A stretch of 59,051 nt of DNA, counting the filler. It is 2 parts of 2 records of this genome, joined end to end, with 100 filler letters (N's around TTAATTAATTAA, not from the genome) between each part and the next. Parts side by side here need not be neighbours in the genome. Positions count along the whole stretch, not along the records: positions 1 to 31,321 come from SRR20825006_2532; positions 31,422 to 59,051 come from SRR20825006_2540. One strand, 5' to 3'. Position numbers and translations under genes: made by a program. The stretch's first letter is position 1. Each line of letters starts with the position of its first letter. Shown piece after piece: positions 28,507-37,263 of the stretch. Below the pieces are notes generated by a model. That model made no database searches. It was given only the letters and a program-made list of their open reading frames with translations, and was not told the origin of the DNA.

Positions 28507-28949
28507 ATCAAGAAAGAAGAGTTCGCCAGAAAGAGTAGTGGAGGCGAATAGGAATTGGAGAGGTGGATTGGAATTGGCTTTTCTGAAACCGAAGATACGT
28601 TTTCGTCTACGCTTAAAATCGCAAACAACACCTGAACTGGACTAATTTTTACCGTTGAAGGAACTGGTATCGTGGCTGGTGCTGTTGCCCTAATTATACA
28701 ACAATCGGTAAGAAACACACAATCGTCAGAATTTGAAGGCATGCCTTCATGGCTAGTAGTCATCGGACAATCATCATCCATCATAGAATCATGATTCATA
28801 GCACTAGATGGCATTGTACCCATCTCCATCATTTGCTCGCATAATTCCATGGGATTTGCAGAAAGCCCCATAGAAGGCAAGATGCCAATAAGAAAACTAA
28901 AACCGAGTACGGCCGATAGTATCTGAGATATGTTTCGTAATTTTTTCAC
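28503..28949 (-). CDS. Exported Met/Cys/His-rich leader protein (HYC_CC_PP / DUF2946 / CutF-like)
   Basis: Hydrophobic N-terminus; ~10 Met, 5 Cys (incl. CC) and 2 His in the central region; C-terminal YSPP...SSFLI; first gene of the copper operon. Confidence 0.65.
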   Translation of the reverse strand: MKKLRNISQILSAVLGFSFLIGILPSMGLSANPMELCEQMMEMGTMPSSAMNHDSMMDDDCPMTTSHEGMPSNSDDCVFLTDCCIIRATAPATIPVPSTVKISPVQVLFAILSVDENVSSVSEKPIPIHLSNSYSPPLLFLANSSFLI

Positions 28950-29251
28950 ACCAAAAAGTAATCAATTAGCTGACCAACATAAATACAATATTATTTACCA
29001 CCTCTTTTTGACATACCTTACATAATCTTATTTCATTCGATAATCGCCATTTAATCTACTGGGAAGTGCTTTTCATGAAATTGGACTGAAATTCCAGCAC
29101 AAAGAAATCACCTTTTTATATAACAATTAGTCAGAATTGTATAAGTAGAAACCACGACATTTAGGGATATTCTACCTGCCTTTTAAAAGCTCCGATGTGT
29201 TATAAGAGCTTAGAGTTCAAACAAACAAACCAATCAAAAACTGATTTTTTA

Positions 29252-29713
29252 ATGAAATATTTTGAACTAAAAATTCCACCAGTAGTGGTATCTCTTATTT
29301 TTTTAGGATTGATTTGGGTTGTTAACCAATGGCCTTTTATTGAAGGGTTACGATTCAAGACAGAAACTGGAATCGTTATTATCATGCTCGTTATTGGAGC
29401 TTTGGTTGGAATTCTGGGAGTAGTTGAATTCAGACGGAAATCGACCACTGTAAATCCTCACAAACCTAATAACACTTCCGCTCTTGTGACATCAGGTATT
29501 TATACTTTCTCGCGAAATCCCATGTATTTTGCCCTACTCATTGTTTTAGGTGCGGCCGCTTTTAAATGGGGAAGTTTATTCGGTTTTCTCATTCTTCCAT
29601 TATTCGTTTACTACATGAATCAATTTCAGATTAAACCCGAAGAAGCTGTATTAGAACAAATATTCGGCGAAGAATTTTTAGAATATAAAGAAGAAGTCCG
29701 ACGGTGGGCTTGA
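29252..29713 (+). CDS. Isoprenylcysteine carboxyl methyltransferase (ICMT/PEMT) family membrane protein
   Basis: TTVNP, LVTSGIY..SRNPMY, QIKPEE..L...FGEE...Y...VRRW; start MKYFELKIPP preferred over 29195. Confidence 0.85.
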   Translation: MKYFELKIPPVVVSLIFLGLIWVVNQWPFIEGLRFKTETGIVIIMLVIGALVGILGVVEFRRKSTTVNPHKPNNTSALVTSGIYTFSRNPMYFALLIVLGAAAFKWGSLFGFLILPLFVYYMNQFQIKPEEAVLEQIFGEEFLEYKEEVRRWA

Positions 29714-29751
29714 GTTTGTTTTAGAAATTGTCAGGTAATTTTACAGTCAGC

Positions 29752-29775
29752 AAAGCTCTCAAAATGAGCTTTTTT
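29752..29775 (+). terminator. Probable intrinsic terminator after the ICMT gene
   Basis: AAAGCTC-TCAAAAT-GAGCTTT followed by a T run. Confidence 0.5.
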
Positions 29776-29782
29776 CTAAAAC

Positions 29783-30886
29783 CTAATTCACTATACTATT
29801 CGTTTCAACGCTATAAATGATATTTCTATAACCATCTAGAATAAATACCCAATCTTCATTAGCGGAAAACTTATGGAAATTAATTTTATCTCCTTCTAAA
29901 TTTTTAAAACTAGCTTTCCGCGTCTCCTCTTTACCGCTTAGATCAATTACATAAAGCTCAGTTTCTAAACTTACAAGCAATTTTCCATGTACTAAGAACA
30001 TATCCCTTACGATATTCTTAACCCCACCACTTTCATTTTCAGGTTTCTTTTCAAGAGGAACGTTAAAGTCTTTAATTTTTTGATTAGGAAGTAAATTAAT
30101 GACATTCTTTGTACGATTTAACTCTAAAAAAACTAGTGGTAAGCCTTTATAAGCAAAAACCAAGTCTTCCCTTTTATTTCCAATAGCATATACAACATCG
30201 TTATATGTGATGGGCTGATATCCCATTGGAATTATCCTCTTTACCAACCCTTTCTTAAACTCACCGAATGAATTCCATTCTATTAATGTATATTCTTCAT
30301 GGTTTTGGGTAGGCCAGATATAACTATTATCAGTTAATACATCCATATAAACAGACACAGTAGATATGGGCAAGTTGGCAGAACAAACTCTGTCTATTTC
30401 TTTACTTTTGCTATTTAGAACTAACATGCATGCTTGTCCTGAGTCTAAAATATATGCTAAAGAATCCTTCTCCACAGAAAAAAACATCGAACTCGGCCGA
30501 ATAACTTCCTGTGGACCTTTTCCGTTTTCTACTACAACTCTCTGATTCCCTACTTTTTCATTTATTCCTATTTCTATAATTCTACCCATTAGTGGGTCAG
30601 CTACCCACAACGAATTCTTATCAAACTGCTTCATATATCCTAAACGGACAATCAATCCATTTGAATCTGTTTTACTATTGTACAATTCATTAATGGTTAG
30701 CGTCTCTTCCGATATTTCTGCCCAATCATCAATACCATAGTATGTGTATGAGCCGAAGTCAGGAATCTTGTCATTGTATTCCTCATTTTTTGAAGTACAA
30801 CTGAGGCTTATAACCATGATAATAGCTGAAAGAATTAGAGCTTCTTTTTTTACTCTTCGATATGCAACATATAAGTTCATCAACAA
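29783..30886 (-). CDS. Probable 6-bladed beta-propeller (TolB-like) lipoprotein
   Basis: Lipobox ISLS-C; LWVAD, GKGPQEVIRP, YILD blade motifs; start uncertain. Confidence 0.65.
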   Translation of the reverse strand: MLMNLYVAYRRVKKEALILSAIIMVISLSCTSKNEEYNDKIPDFGSYTYYGIDDWAEISEETLTINELYNSKTDSNGLIVRLGYMKQFDKNSLWVADPLMGRIIEIGINEKVGNQRVVVENGKGPQEVIRPSSMFFSVEKDSLAYILDSGQACMLVLNSKSKEIDRVCSANLPISTVSVYMDVLTDNSYIWPTQNHEEYTLIEWNSFGEFKKGLVKRIIPMGYQPITYNDVVYAIGNKREDLVFAYKGLPLVFLELNRTKNVINLLPNQKIKDFNVPLEKKPENESGGVKNIVRDMFLVHGKLLVSLETELYVIDLSGKEETRKASFKNLEGDKINFHKFSANEDWVFILDGYRNIIYSVETNSIVN

Positions 30887-30944
30887 CTCACTTTTAATCT
30901 GTTCTTTTGAAATTCACTTCTGAATCCTGATAAGTGAAATTGTA

Positions 30945-31128
30945 TTATCTAATTTTTAGAAAATGGAAATCCCCGCTTAATGCAAATTGTTCATAGAGTG
31001 CATTTTCCTGTAGCTGAATAGTTGTATCAATTACGAAACGTGTTATATCTAAATCACCGTGCTCTTGAGCAACTATTCTGGTAGGAGATAGTAATATCGT
31101 ACAAATAATTATCGCCAAAAGTTTCATA
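30945..31128 (-). pseudogene. Truncated exported-protein remnant (probable beta-propeller paralog N-terminus)
   Basis: Signal peptide MKLLAIIICTILLSPTRIVA then DTTIQLQE and an early stop; lies between two propeller-like genes. Confidence 0.4.
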
Positions 31129-31191
31129 TGGCTAGTACGCTTAACAATTACTCTACTAAACATACTGGGATTTTGATATTCCATTCTACAC

Positions 31192-31321
31192 CTATTTCAC
31201 AATCTCATACACACCAATTCGGAAATTATCGGGGTCATCATCTTCTAACAAATAGAGTCTGTTGTCGTCATCCATTCCTAACGGTAAAAAAGGAAGCCGA
31301 ATCTCACCAACAAATTCTTCT
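31192..31321 (-). CDS. C-terminal 42 aa of a probable beta-propeller protein, cut by the contig end
   Basis: Manual translation EEFVGEIRLPFLPLGMDDDNRLYLLEDDDPDNFRIGVYEIVK*; not in the ORF track. Confidence 0.55.
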
Positions 31322-31421
31322 NNNNNNNNNNNNNNNNNNNNNNNNNNNNNNNNNNNNNNNNNNNNTTAATTAATTAANNNNNNNNNNNNNNNNNNNNNNN
31401 NNNNNNNNNNNNNNNNNNNNN
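31322..31421. other. Artificial contig linker (44 N + TTAATTAATTAA + 44 N)
   Basis: Exactly 100 nt with a six-frame stop cassette; abrupt GC and taxon change across it. Confidence 0.97.
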
Positions 31422-31451
31422 GATGTGCTCTACCAACTGAGCTAAAGCGGC
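31422..31451 (-). tRNA. 5' fragment (30 nt) of a tRNA, most likely tRNA-Thr(CGT), truncated at the contig end
   Basis: GCCGCTTTAGCTCAGTTGGTAGAGCACATC = acceptor 5' strand, D-arm and start of the anticodon stem; anticodon missing, so isotype is by recall of alphaproteobacterial Thr(CGT). Confidence 0.8.
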
Positions 31452-31495
31452 GTCCTGAACGGGAACGCGGCGGCGCGGGGCCGCTACAGGCGGGC

Positions 31496-31524
31496 TGTAT
31501 ACCGGATGGCCGGGGTGTGGGCAA
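31496..31524 (-). promoter_or_regulatory. Sigma70-type promoter of the tRNA
   Basis: TTGCCC-N17-TATACA followed by GC-rich discriminator GCCCGCC. Confidence 0.6.
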
Positions 31525-31620
31525 GCGTTTTTTGGCGTGAGCCGCGCCCGCAAAAGCCGCCAGGAAGCTGCCCCAAAGCCGCACCGAAAGGGCTGAATTC
31601 AGCGCTTCATGACTGTCCAA

Positions 31621-33006
31621 CTAATCCCGTGCGTGGGTGTCCCGGCCCATGGGCTCAGTATCGCTCCCGCTGCTGGCGAGAAGCGAGATTGTCTGCTCCG
31701 CCGTATAGCTTTTGCGCGGGCCCGCGTGGCCGGTGCGGGCGTGCCAGTCAACCGTGTCAAACCCCCCGCAGTTGGGGCAAAGCGGCGACCATGCGTGCGG
31801 TGTGTGCCCGCAAGGCTCACAAAGCCAGCCTTCGCCCTCTTCGGCGTGGTTGAGCGCGCTCTCGATCGGGTCAGGGTTTTCACCCAAAGCATGGGCAAGG
31901 GCCAGGCGGTATTGCCACGCGGCGCGGGTGGGCGCGATCTTGATGAGCTTCTCCAGCACCGGTTTGGCGGCGTCATATTGGCGGGCGTCCATCAGCGCGT
32001 CGGTCAGCAGCAGCATGGACTGGCTATCATCCGGCTTGCGGGCGGTGAGCGTGCTCACGCGTTTGAGCCAGTCTGTCGCGCTTTCAGCCGCGTCCAGCTC
32101 CTTGAACACACGGGCAAGGGTTGGGTGCGGGTGGGTGGCCCAGGCATCCTCAATCAGCTTGGTGGCGCGCTTCTTGTTGCCCGATGCCATCTCAAGCTTC
32201 ACGAGCGCGGCGGTGGCGGGCGCAAAATCCGGCCGGAGGGAGAGCACCCGCTTGAAGCCTTTTTTAGCAGTCGCGGCATCGCCCTTCAGGTTGGCTTCCG
32301 TGGCTTCCGCGAACGCAAGCGCACCGCGGTGTTTCTTAACGCGGCTATCGTTCATCAGTTTTTCTTTGGCCACTTTATCAAGCGCCGTGGTTGCCTCCGC
32401 CCAGTTGCCCGCAGCAACCTCAAGCGAGAACAGGGTTTTCAAAACCCACGGGCTTTTGCGGTTTTCCTGAAACGCGGTGCGGGCAAGGTGCAGGGCTTCG
32501 CTTTCCCGGCCCAGCCGCTGGGCTTCGCCCACAAGGCCGCGCAGGCCAAGGAAACGACCGTCGTCTGAGGCTTCAAGCGCCTGATAGCGTTTGGCGGCGC
32601 GTGCGTAATCCCCCGCGCGGGAGGCCGCTTCAGCGGCAATGAGATGCACCATGGGCTGGGGCGGCAGCAGTACTTCCGCCTGTTCCACCAGCTTGGCGGC
32701 GAGCTTATGATCCCCCGCCGAGAGCGCGACCAGCGACTGGTTGAGCATTTTAAGCCCGCGGCCCTGACGTTTGATCACCGAATTGCTGCCAAAAAACGGC
32801 ATATCGCGCTTGAGCCAGCCATATAACCATATAGTGAGCGCCGCGAACGCCATCAGCGTGGCGGCAAGGCCGGTGAGGGCGGCAAAACTGGTGTAAAAGC
32901 GCATGCCCTGAAAGTCGATCGTGACATTGCCGGGGTGGTCAGCAAGCCACGCCGCTGCGGCCGCCACAGCCAAAATGCCTACAAACAGCAGCAAAAGCCT
33001 TGTCAC
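31621..33006 (-). CDS. hemY: Alphaproteobacterial HemY-N/TPR membrane protein with C-terminal Cys4 ribbon
   Basis: WLADHPG after TM1; TPR-like helices; AW..HPHP; W.CEPCG...WSPLCPNCGGFD; synteny. Confidence 0.85.
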   Translation of the reverse strand: MTRLLLLFVGILAVAAAAAWLADHPGNVTIDFQGMRFYTSFAALTGLAATLMAFAALTIWLYGWLKRDMPFFGSNSVIKRQGRGLKMLNQSLVALSAGDHKLAAKLVEQAEVLLPPQPMVHLIAAEAASRAGDYARAAKRYQALEASDDGRFLGLRGLVGEAQRLGRESEALHLARTAFQENRKSPWVLKTLFSLEVAAGNWAEATTALDKVAKEKLMNDSRVKKHRGALAFAEATEANLKGDAATAKKGFKRVLSLRPDFAPATAALVKLEMASGNKKRATKLIEDAWATHPHPTLARVFKELDAAESATDWLKRVSTLTARKPDDSQSMLLLTDALMDARQYDAAKPVLEKLIKIAPTRAAWQYRLALAHALGENPDPIESALNHAEEGEGWLCEPCGHTPHAWSPLCPNCGGFDTVDWHARTGHAGPRKSYTAEQTISLLASSGSDTEPMGRDTHARD

Positions 33007-34268
33007 GCGCCATTTCCTTCTGCTTCTGGCGTCGCCACACCCGCGTCCCGCATTGGCCCCACATCCGCCACACCTGCGATAAGGTTATCAAACGCCGTAA
33101 GCGTCTCGGCGTGGGTTTTGGCAGCATGGCGCCAGGGCTCGCTCGCGCTTAGTGCCGGGCCCTCAAGGCCTTCCAGAATCTCCACGGCACCCGCTATATT
33201 GCGGGCCGCCAGCGCGCGTTCAGCTTTGAGGAGCGCAGCATCCAGCCCGGTGGCGCCAGCATCCGTGCGGCGCACGGTGAAAAGTTTGGTCAGGAAATTA
33301 CCGTCTGCCTTCTCGGTCGCCTTGAGGGCGGCTGAGGCCATGGCGTCAAAGTCGCTCATCAGTTGGGTATAGGGCGCAATGCCCGCACCCGCGCGCTCCA
33401 GCGTTACCAAGTCCGCGCCAATGCGTTGCTGGTCCAGCGCCGGGAGGGTGGCAAAATCGCTTCTAAGCGCCTCAAGCCCACTGCCGAACGGTTGGCCCGC
33501 GATGGCCCTGTCTTTGAGCCGCCCAAGCGATAACACCAGCCGCCCGCGGGGGTTAGCCTCCAGCGCGCCAGCTTCTACCGCTTTCATCGCGCCCTCAAGC
33601 GCCTGCAACCGGGTTTTGAGATGCGAGCTTTCAGCCCGCGCGAGCGAAAGCGCACCGCTCAGTTCCGCAACCCTCGGGTCATCTGTGGTGCTGATGTCGG
33701 AGAGCCGAGTGATATCCCCCTGCAACCGAGCGATATCGGCCTGAAGGGAGGCGATTTCTTCCGGTGTCATGGCGGCTGTACTAGCGCTTAAACCTGTTTC
33801 AGCGCCGCTGGCCGCCACTTGCGCGATATCTGACCGGAGCTGCGCACGCGCATCATCCGCCACCTTCAGCGCCGCTTCATGCTGGGCCAGCATCTCCTGA
33901 TGGCGCTTGAGGCCTTCCGTTAGGGTTTCAAGGCCTTCCTGTAGCGCCGACGTGTCTGTCACCTGTGTGCCCGGCGGCACCGGTGGTTCCGTCTTGAGGC
34001 CAAGGTAGGTGAGGCCCGGGTCAAAGGTTGGCGCAACATAAACACCCGATATAAAAGCACCAAGGCCAAGGGCCGTTAGCCAGCCAGCCTTTGCGCCAAA
34101 GGACATGCCCGCCTTTTTTTGTGTTGGCGCAGCGCTCGTGGGTTCATGCTCGGCAATCACTTCCGCATCAATAAACTCAGGCTCCGGTGTGCCGGTTTCC
34201 GGCGCACCAGTTCCCTGTGTTCTGTCGGTTTCCTGATCGGATGATGTGTCTTTGGGCTCTGTGACCAC
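33003..34268 (-). CDS. COG4223 / mitofilin-domain protein (alphaproteobacterial Mic60 homologue)
   Basis: Acidic N-tail, single TM, long coiled coil, G.PF..L, LFTVRR, AE.AL...GA...L...W; position between hemD and hemY. Confidence 0.78.
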   Translation of the reverse strand: MVTEPKDTSSDQETDRTQGTGAPETGTPEPEFIDAEVIAEHEPTSAAPTQKKAGMSFGAKAGWLTALGLGAFISGVYVAPTFDPGLTYLGLKTEPPVPPGTQVTDTSALQEGLETLTEGLKRHQEMLAQHEAALKVADDARAQLRSDIAQVAASGAETGLSASTAAMTPEEIASLQADIARLQGDITRLSDISTTDDPRVAELSGALSLARAESSHLKTRLQALEGAMKAVEAGALEANPRGRLVLSLGRLKDRAIAGQPFGSGLEALRSDFATLPALDQQRIGADLVTLERAGAGIAPYTQLMSDFDAMASAALKATEKADGNFLTKLFTVRRTDAGATGLDAALLKAERALAARNIAGAVEILEGLEGPALSASEPWRHAAKTHAETLTAFDNLIAGVADVGPMRDAGVATPEAEGNGA

Positions 34269-34304
34269 AGATAGCTCCCTTGATCCTGATGACAGTACCC
34301 AGCT

Positions 34305-35000
34305 TTAATCAAGCAGGGAAAACAGCGCCTTTTCGGTCGGAATAATGGCATAACGCACGGAACGCCACGGGCCGATCAGATTTTCCGCTACCCGCGTTGA
34401 AAGGCAGGTCGCGTCCATCTTGTTCAACCAGTCCGAGCGGCCATATTCCGCCGTCGCTTCTTCAAAGATGGTGGCGGTGCGCGGTGAATAAAAGAGCGCG
34501 GTATCAATTTCGCCTTCTTCCATGGCTTCCTGCACCCCGGCGGAGAAGCTGCGCACCGGGCGGGCCTGATAGGTCACGGTGTAATCAGCGTCGATACCCT
34601 CGCCGCGAAGCACGTCCGCGATGTTATAAGAGATATTGGTGCCGCCCAGATGGGTGTATTTGCGCTTTTCGCTAACGCCGCACTCCAGCAGGATCGGCAC
34701 CATTTGCCGCGCAGTGCCGGGCCCGACGGTGATGTTGGTAAAGCCAAGTGCGCGGGCCTCAGCGGCGGTTTGTTCGCCCACGGCAAAAATCGGGCGGCTC
34801 TTGTTGCCAATATTGGCGAGGCCTAGCCGCGCACCATTTTTGCTGGTGACAATCAAACTGCGGTCTTCTGACGGGATCTCAAACGAGACCGGATCGATCT
34901 GGATCATCGGCGCGATGATCACCGTATGGCCCTTCGCCTCGAGCTTTTCTGCCGTTGGCCCGGCTTCGTCAATCGGTCTTGTGACAAGTACGGTGCTCAT
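34305..35000 (-). CDS. hemD: Uroporphyrinogen-III synthase
   Basis: VLVTRP, VTSKNG, FAVGEQTA, FYSPRTA; overlaps the hemC stop. Confidence 0.88.
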   Translation of the reverse strand: MSTVLVTRPIDEAGPTAEKLEAKGHTVIIAPMIQIDPVSFEIPSEDRSLIVTSKNGARLGLANIGNKSRPIFAVGEQTAAEARALGFTNITVGPGTARQMVPILLECGVSEKRKYTHLGGTNISYNIADVLRGEGIDADYTVTYQARPVRSFSAGVQEAMEEGEIDTALFYSPRTATIFEEATAEYGRSDWLNKMDATCLSTRVAENLIGPWRSVRYAIIPTEKALFSLLD

Positions 35001-35956
35001 TCGATCTCCGCTTCAATTGCACTCGCGAGGTCTTTAAAAAACGCTTCGCCCGCATCCCCCCGGATCGCGGTCCCCATATCCTGCCCGAGAGCGCGGGCTG
35101 CATCAAGCTCTGGCTCGCATGTGCCTGATTTCTCAAACAAGGTGCGACCATCAAGCGAAAGCAGCATGGCCCGCATGGAAAGCACGCCATCCTTCAGTTC
35201 CGCGTAGGCCGCGATGGGGGTACGGCAAGAACCGTCAAGCGCGGCAAGGAAGGACCGTTCCGCCGTTACCGCCAGCGCCGTTTTGCTGCAATGGAACGGG
35301 GCGAGGCGCGAGGCCATCACTTCATCCGTGCTTCTGATTTCAACCGTCACAGCCCCTTGCGCAGGCGCCGGCAGGAAATCATCAAGCGGTAAAACTTCCG
35401 TGGCCGCGTCGCTCATATCAAGCCGGTTGAGACCCGCGAGCGCCAGGAAAGTGGCGGCTGCCTCACCGTCCCGCAGTTTCCTCAGCCGGGTTTGCACATT
35501 GCCGCGGAAAGTCACCACCTTGAGGTCAGGCCTGAGGCGGAGCGCCATCGCCCGCCGCCTGAGCGACGCAGTGCCGAGGTTCGCGCCCTGTGGCAACTCG
35601 GCAAATGAGCCATGGTGGGCGCTGATAAACACATCACGCGCATCCTCACGCGGCAGGAAGGCGTTGAGCTCAAGCCCATCCGGCAATTTGGTCGGCATGT
35701 CTTTTGATGAGTGCACCGCGCAGTCAATGCTGCCGTCCAGTAGCTGGTCTTCAATTTCCTTGGTGAAAAGGCCCTTGCCGCCCGCGTTCATCAAATGCCG
35801 GTCAAGAATACGGTCACCGGTGGTTTTGATCACCACAATCTCGATATCGCTACCCTTGAGATCACCATGTGCCGCCAGCAGCCGCTCTTTCACGTCGTTT
35901 GCCTGCGCAAGCGCGAGCGGGCTGCCCCTTGTACCAATTTTAATGCTTTGTTGCAC
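34997..35956 (-). CDS. hemC: Hydroxymethylbilane synthase
   Basis: IGTRGSPLALAQA, GGKGLFTKE, VHSSKDMP, RGNVQTRL, LDGSCRTPI; GTG start after GAGGG. Confidence 0.96.
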   Translation of the reverse strand: MQQSIKIGTRGSPLALAQANDVKERLLAAHGDLKGSDIEIVVIKTTGDRILDRHLMNAGGKGLFTKEIEDQLLDGSIDCAVHSSKDMPTKLPDGLELNAFLPREDARDVFISAHHGSFAELPQGANLGTASLRRRAMALRLRPDLKVVTFRGNVQTRLRKLRDGEAAATFLALAGLNRLDMSDAATEVLPLDDFLPAPAQGAVTVEIRSTDEVMASRLAPFHCSKTALAVTAERSFLAALDGSCRTPIAAYAELKDGVLSMRAMLLSLDGRTLFEKSGTCEPELDAARALGQDMGTAIRGDAGEAFFKDLASAIEAEIE

Positions 35957-36077
35957 GAAACCCTCTCTCAGTGGTATCGGACGCGGCATATGGGTGCCGC
36001 TTCTCTTTGATGCTCTTCAAGATATGGCTTATAGAGCGTAAGAGCGTGTCGCCCAAGCCCCAAACACAGGAATTCGC

Positions 36078-37199
36078 ATGACCCAAACCCCAAGTCATAA
36101 TGCCAAGGCGCTGGCCCGCCCGGTTGTGCTGGGGATTGAGACAAGCTGTGACGAGACCGCCGCGGCCATTGTTACGGCCGATAAAACTGTGTTGGCGCAC
36201 CGCGTGCTCTCACAAATTGACGACCATGCAGAGTTTGGTGGTGTGGTGCCCGAAATTGCGGCCCGGCAGCATATCTCACACCTTGACCACCTGCTGGCGA
36301 CCCTGATGGAGGACGCCGGTATCGGTTTTGATGATCTGGACGCCATTGCTGCCACCACAGGGCCCGGCCTTGTGGGCGGTTTGATGGTGGGTGTGATGAC
36401 AGCGAAGGCGATTGCACAAGCCACCGGCAAACCGTTTGTTTCGGTCAACCACCTTGAAGGGCACGCGCTGACCGTGCGGCTCGCAGACGACGTGCCGTTC
36501 CCCTATCTGTTACTGCTGGTATCCGGCGGGCATTGCCAGATCCTGTCTGTCACCGGGGTGGGCGACTATACCCGGCTTGGCACCACCATTGATGACGCCG
36601 CAGGCGAAGCGTTCGACAAAACCGCCAAGCTTTTGGGCCTTGGCTACCCCGGTGGCCCCGCCGTTGAAGCTGCCGCGCGGGAGGGCGACGCCAAGCGCTT
36701 CACCCTGCCCAAGCCCATGGTTGGGAAACCCGGCTGTGATTTTTCTTTCTCTGGCCTCAAGACAGCGGTGCGCCGGTTGGCAGAAGACTGCGTGGCGAAT
36801 GAGGGTGTGCTGACCCACAAAGACCGTGCTGATATCTGCGCCGCTTTCCAGAAAACACTGGCAGCCTGCCTTGTTGATCGGCTGACACGTGCCATCGCCC
36901 TTTTCCGCGTAGAAGCGGGGTCGAGCGAACTCCCCTTTGTTGTTGCGGGCGGTGTGGCGGCAAACAGTTACCTGCGCAGTGAGCTGGAAACCCTTGCGAA
37001 CCGGGAAAACCTCAAGTTTTTCGCGCCGCCCATGGCCTTGTGCACAGACAATGGTGCCATGATCGCCTGGGCTGGGTTGGAGCGTTTTATGATAGACCCC
37101 ACCATCAACGACATGGACGTTTCTGTCCGCCCACGCTGGCCGCTGGATGGTGACGCCAAACCTATGGTGGGCAAAGGAAAAAAGGGCGCAAAAGCATAA
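36078..37199 (+). CDS. tsaD: tRNA N6-threonylcarbamoyladenosine transferase
   Basis: [49 protein letters not shown]. Confidence 0.96.
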   Translation: MTQTPSHNAKALARPVVLGIETSCDETAAAIVTADKTVLAHRVLSQIDDHAEFGGVVPEIAARQHISHLDHLLATLMEDAGIGFDDLDAIAATTGPGLVGGLMVGVMTAKAIAQATGKPFVSVNHLEGHALTVRLADDVPFPYLLLLVSGGHCQILSVTGVGDYTRLGTTIDDAAGEAFDKTAKLLGLGYPGGPAVEAAAREGDAKRFTLPKPMVGKPGCDFSFSGLKTAVRRLAEDCVANEGVLTHKDRADICAAFQKTLAACLVDRLTRAIALFRVEAGSSELPFVVAGGVAANSYLRSELETLANRENLKFFAPPMALCTDNGAMIAWAGLERFMIDPTINDMDVSVRPRWPLDGDAKPMVGKGKKGAKA

Positions 37200-37263
37200 G
37201 CACCCTTGCCCGCGCGGTCCGTTGCGGGCAATCTAGAACAAGAATTCAGGCAGGAGAGCAAGC

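Noticed and set aside
29008-29036. Perfect TTGACA as a -35 for the ICMT gene
   Set aside because: The hexamer at 17-nt spacing (TTTCAT) is a poor -10, and the promoter consensus in this lineage is uncertain.
16088-29782. Copper cluster as a defined mobile element
   Set aside because: No integrase, transposase, tRNA or flanking direct repeats found by eye; mobility is unsupported.
31128-31620. ORFs 31128..31373 and 31366..31620, and the TTAATTAATTAA palindrome
   Set aside because: Artefacts of the synthetic linker.
4529-35956. A joint haem uptake plus haem biosynthesis supercluster
   Set aside because: The two sets lie on different contigs from different organisms.
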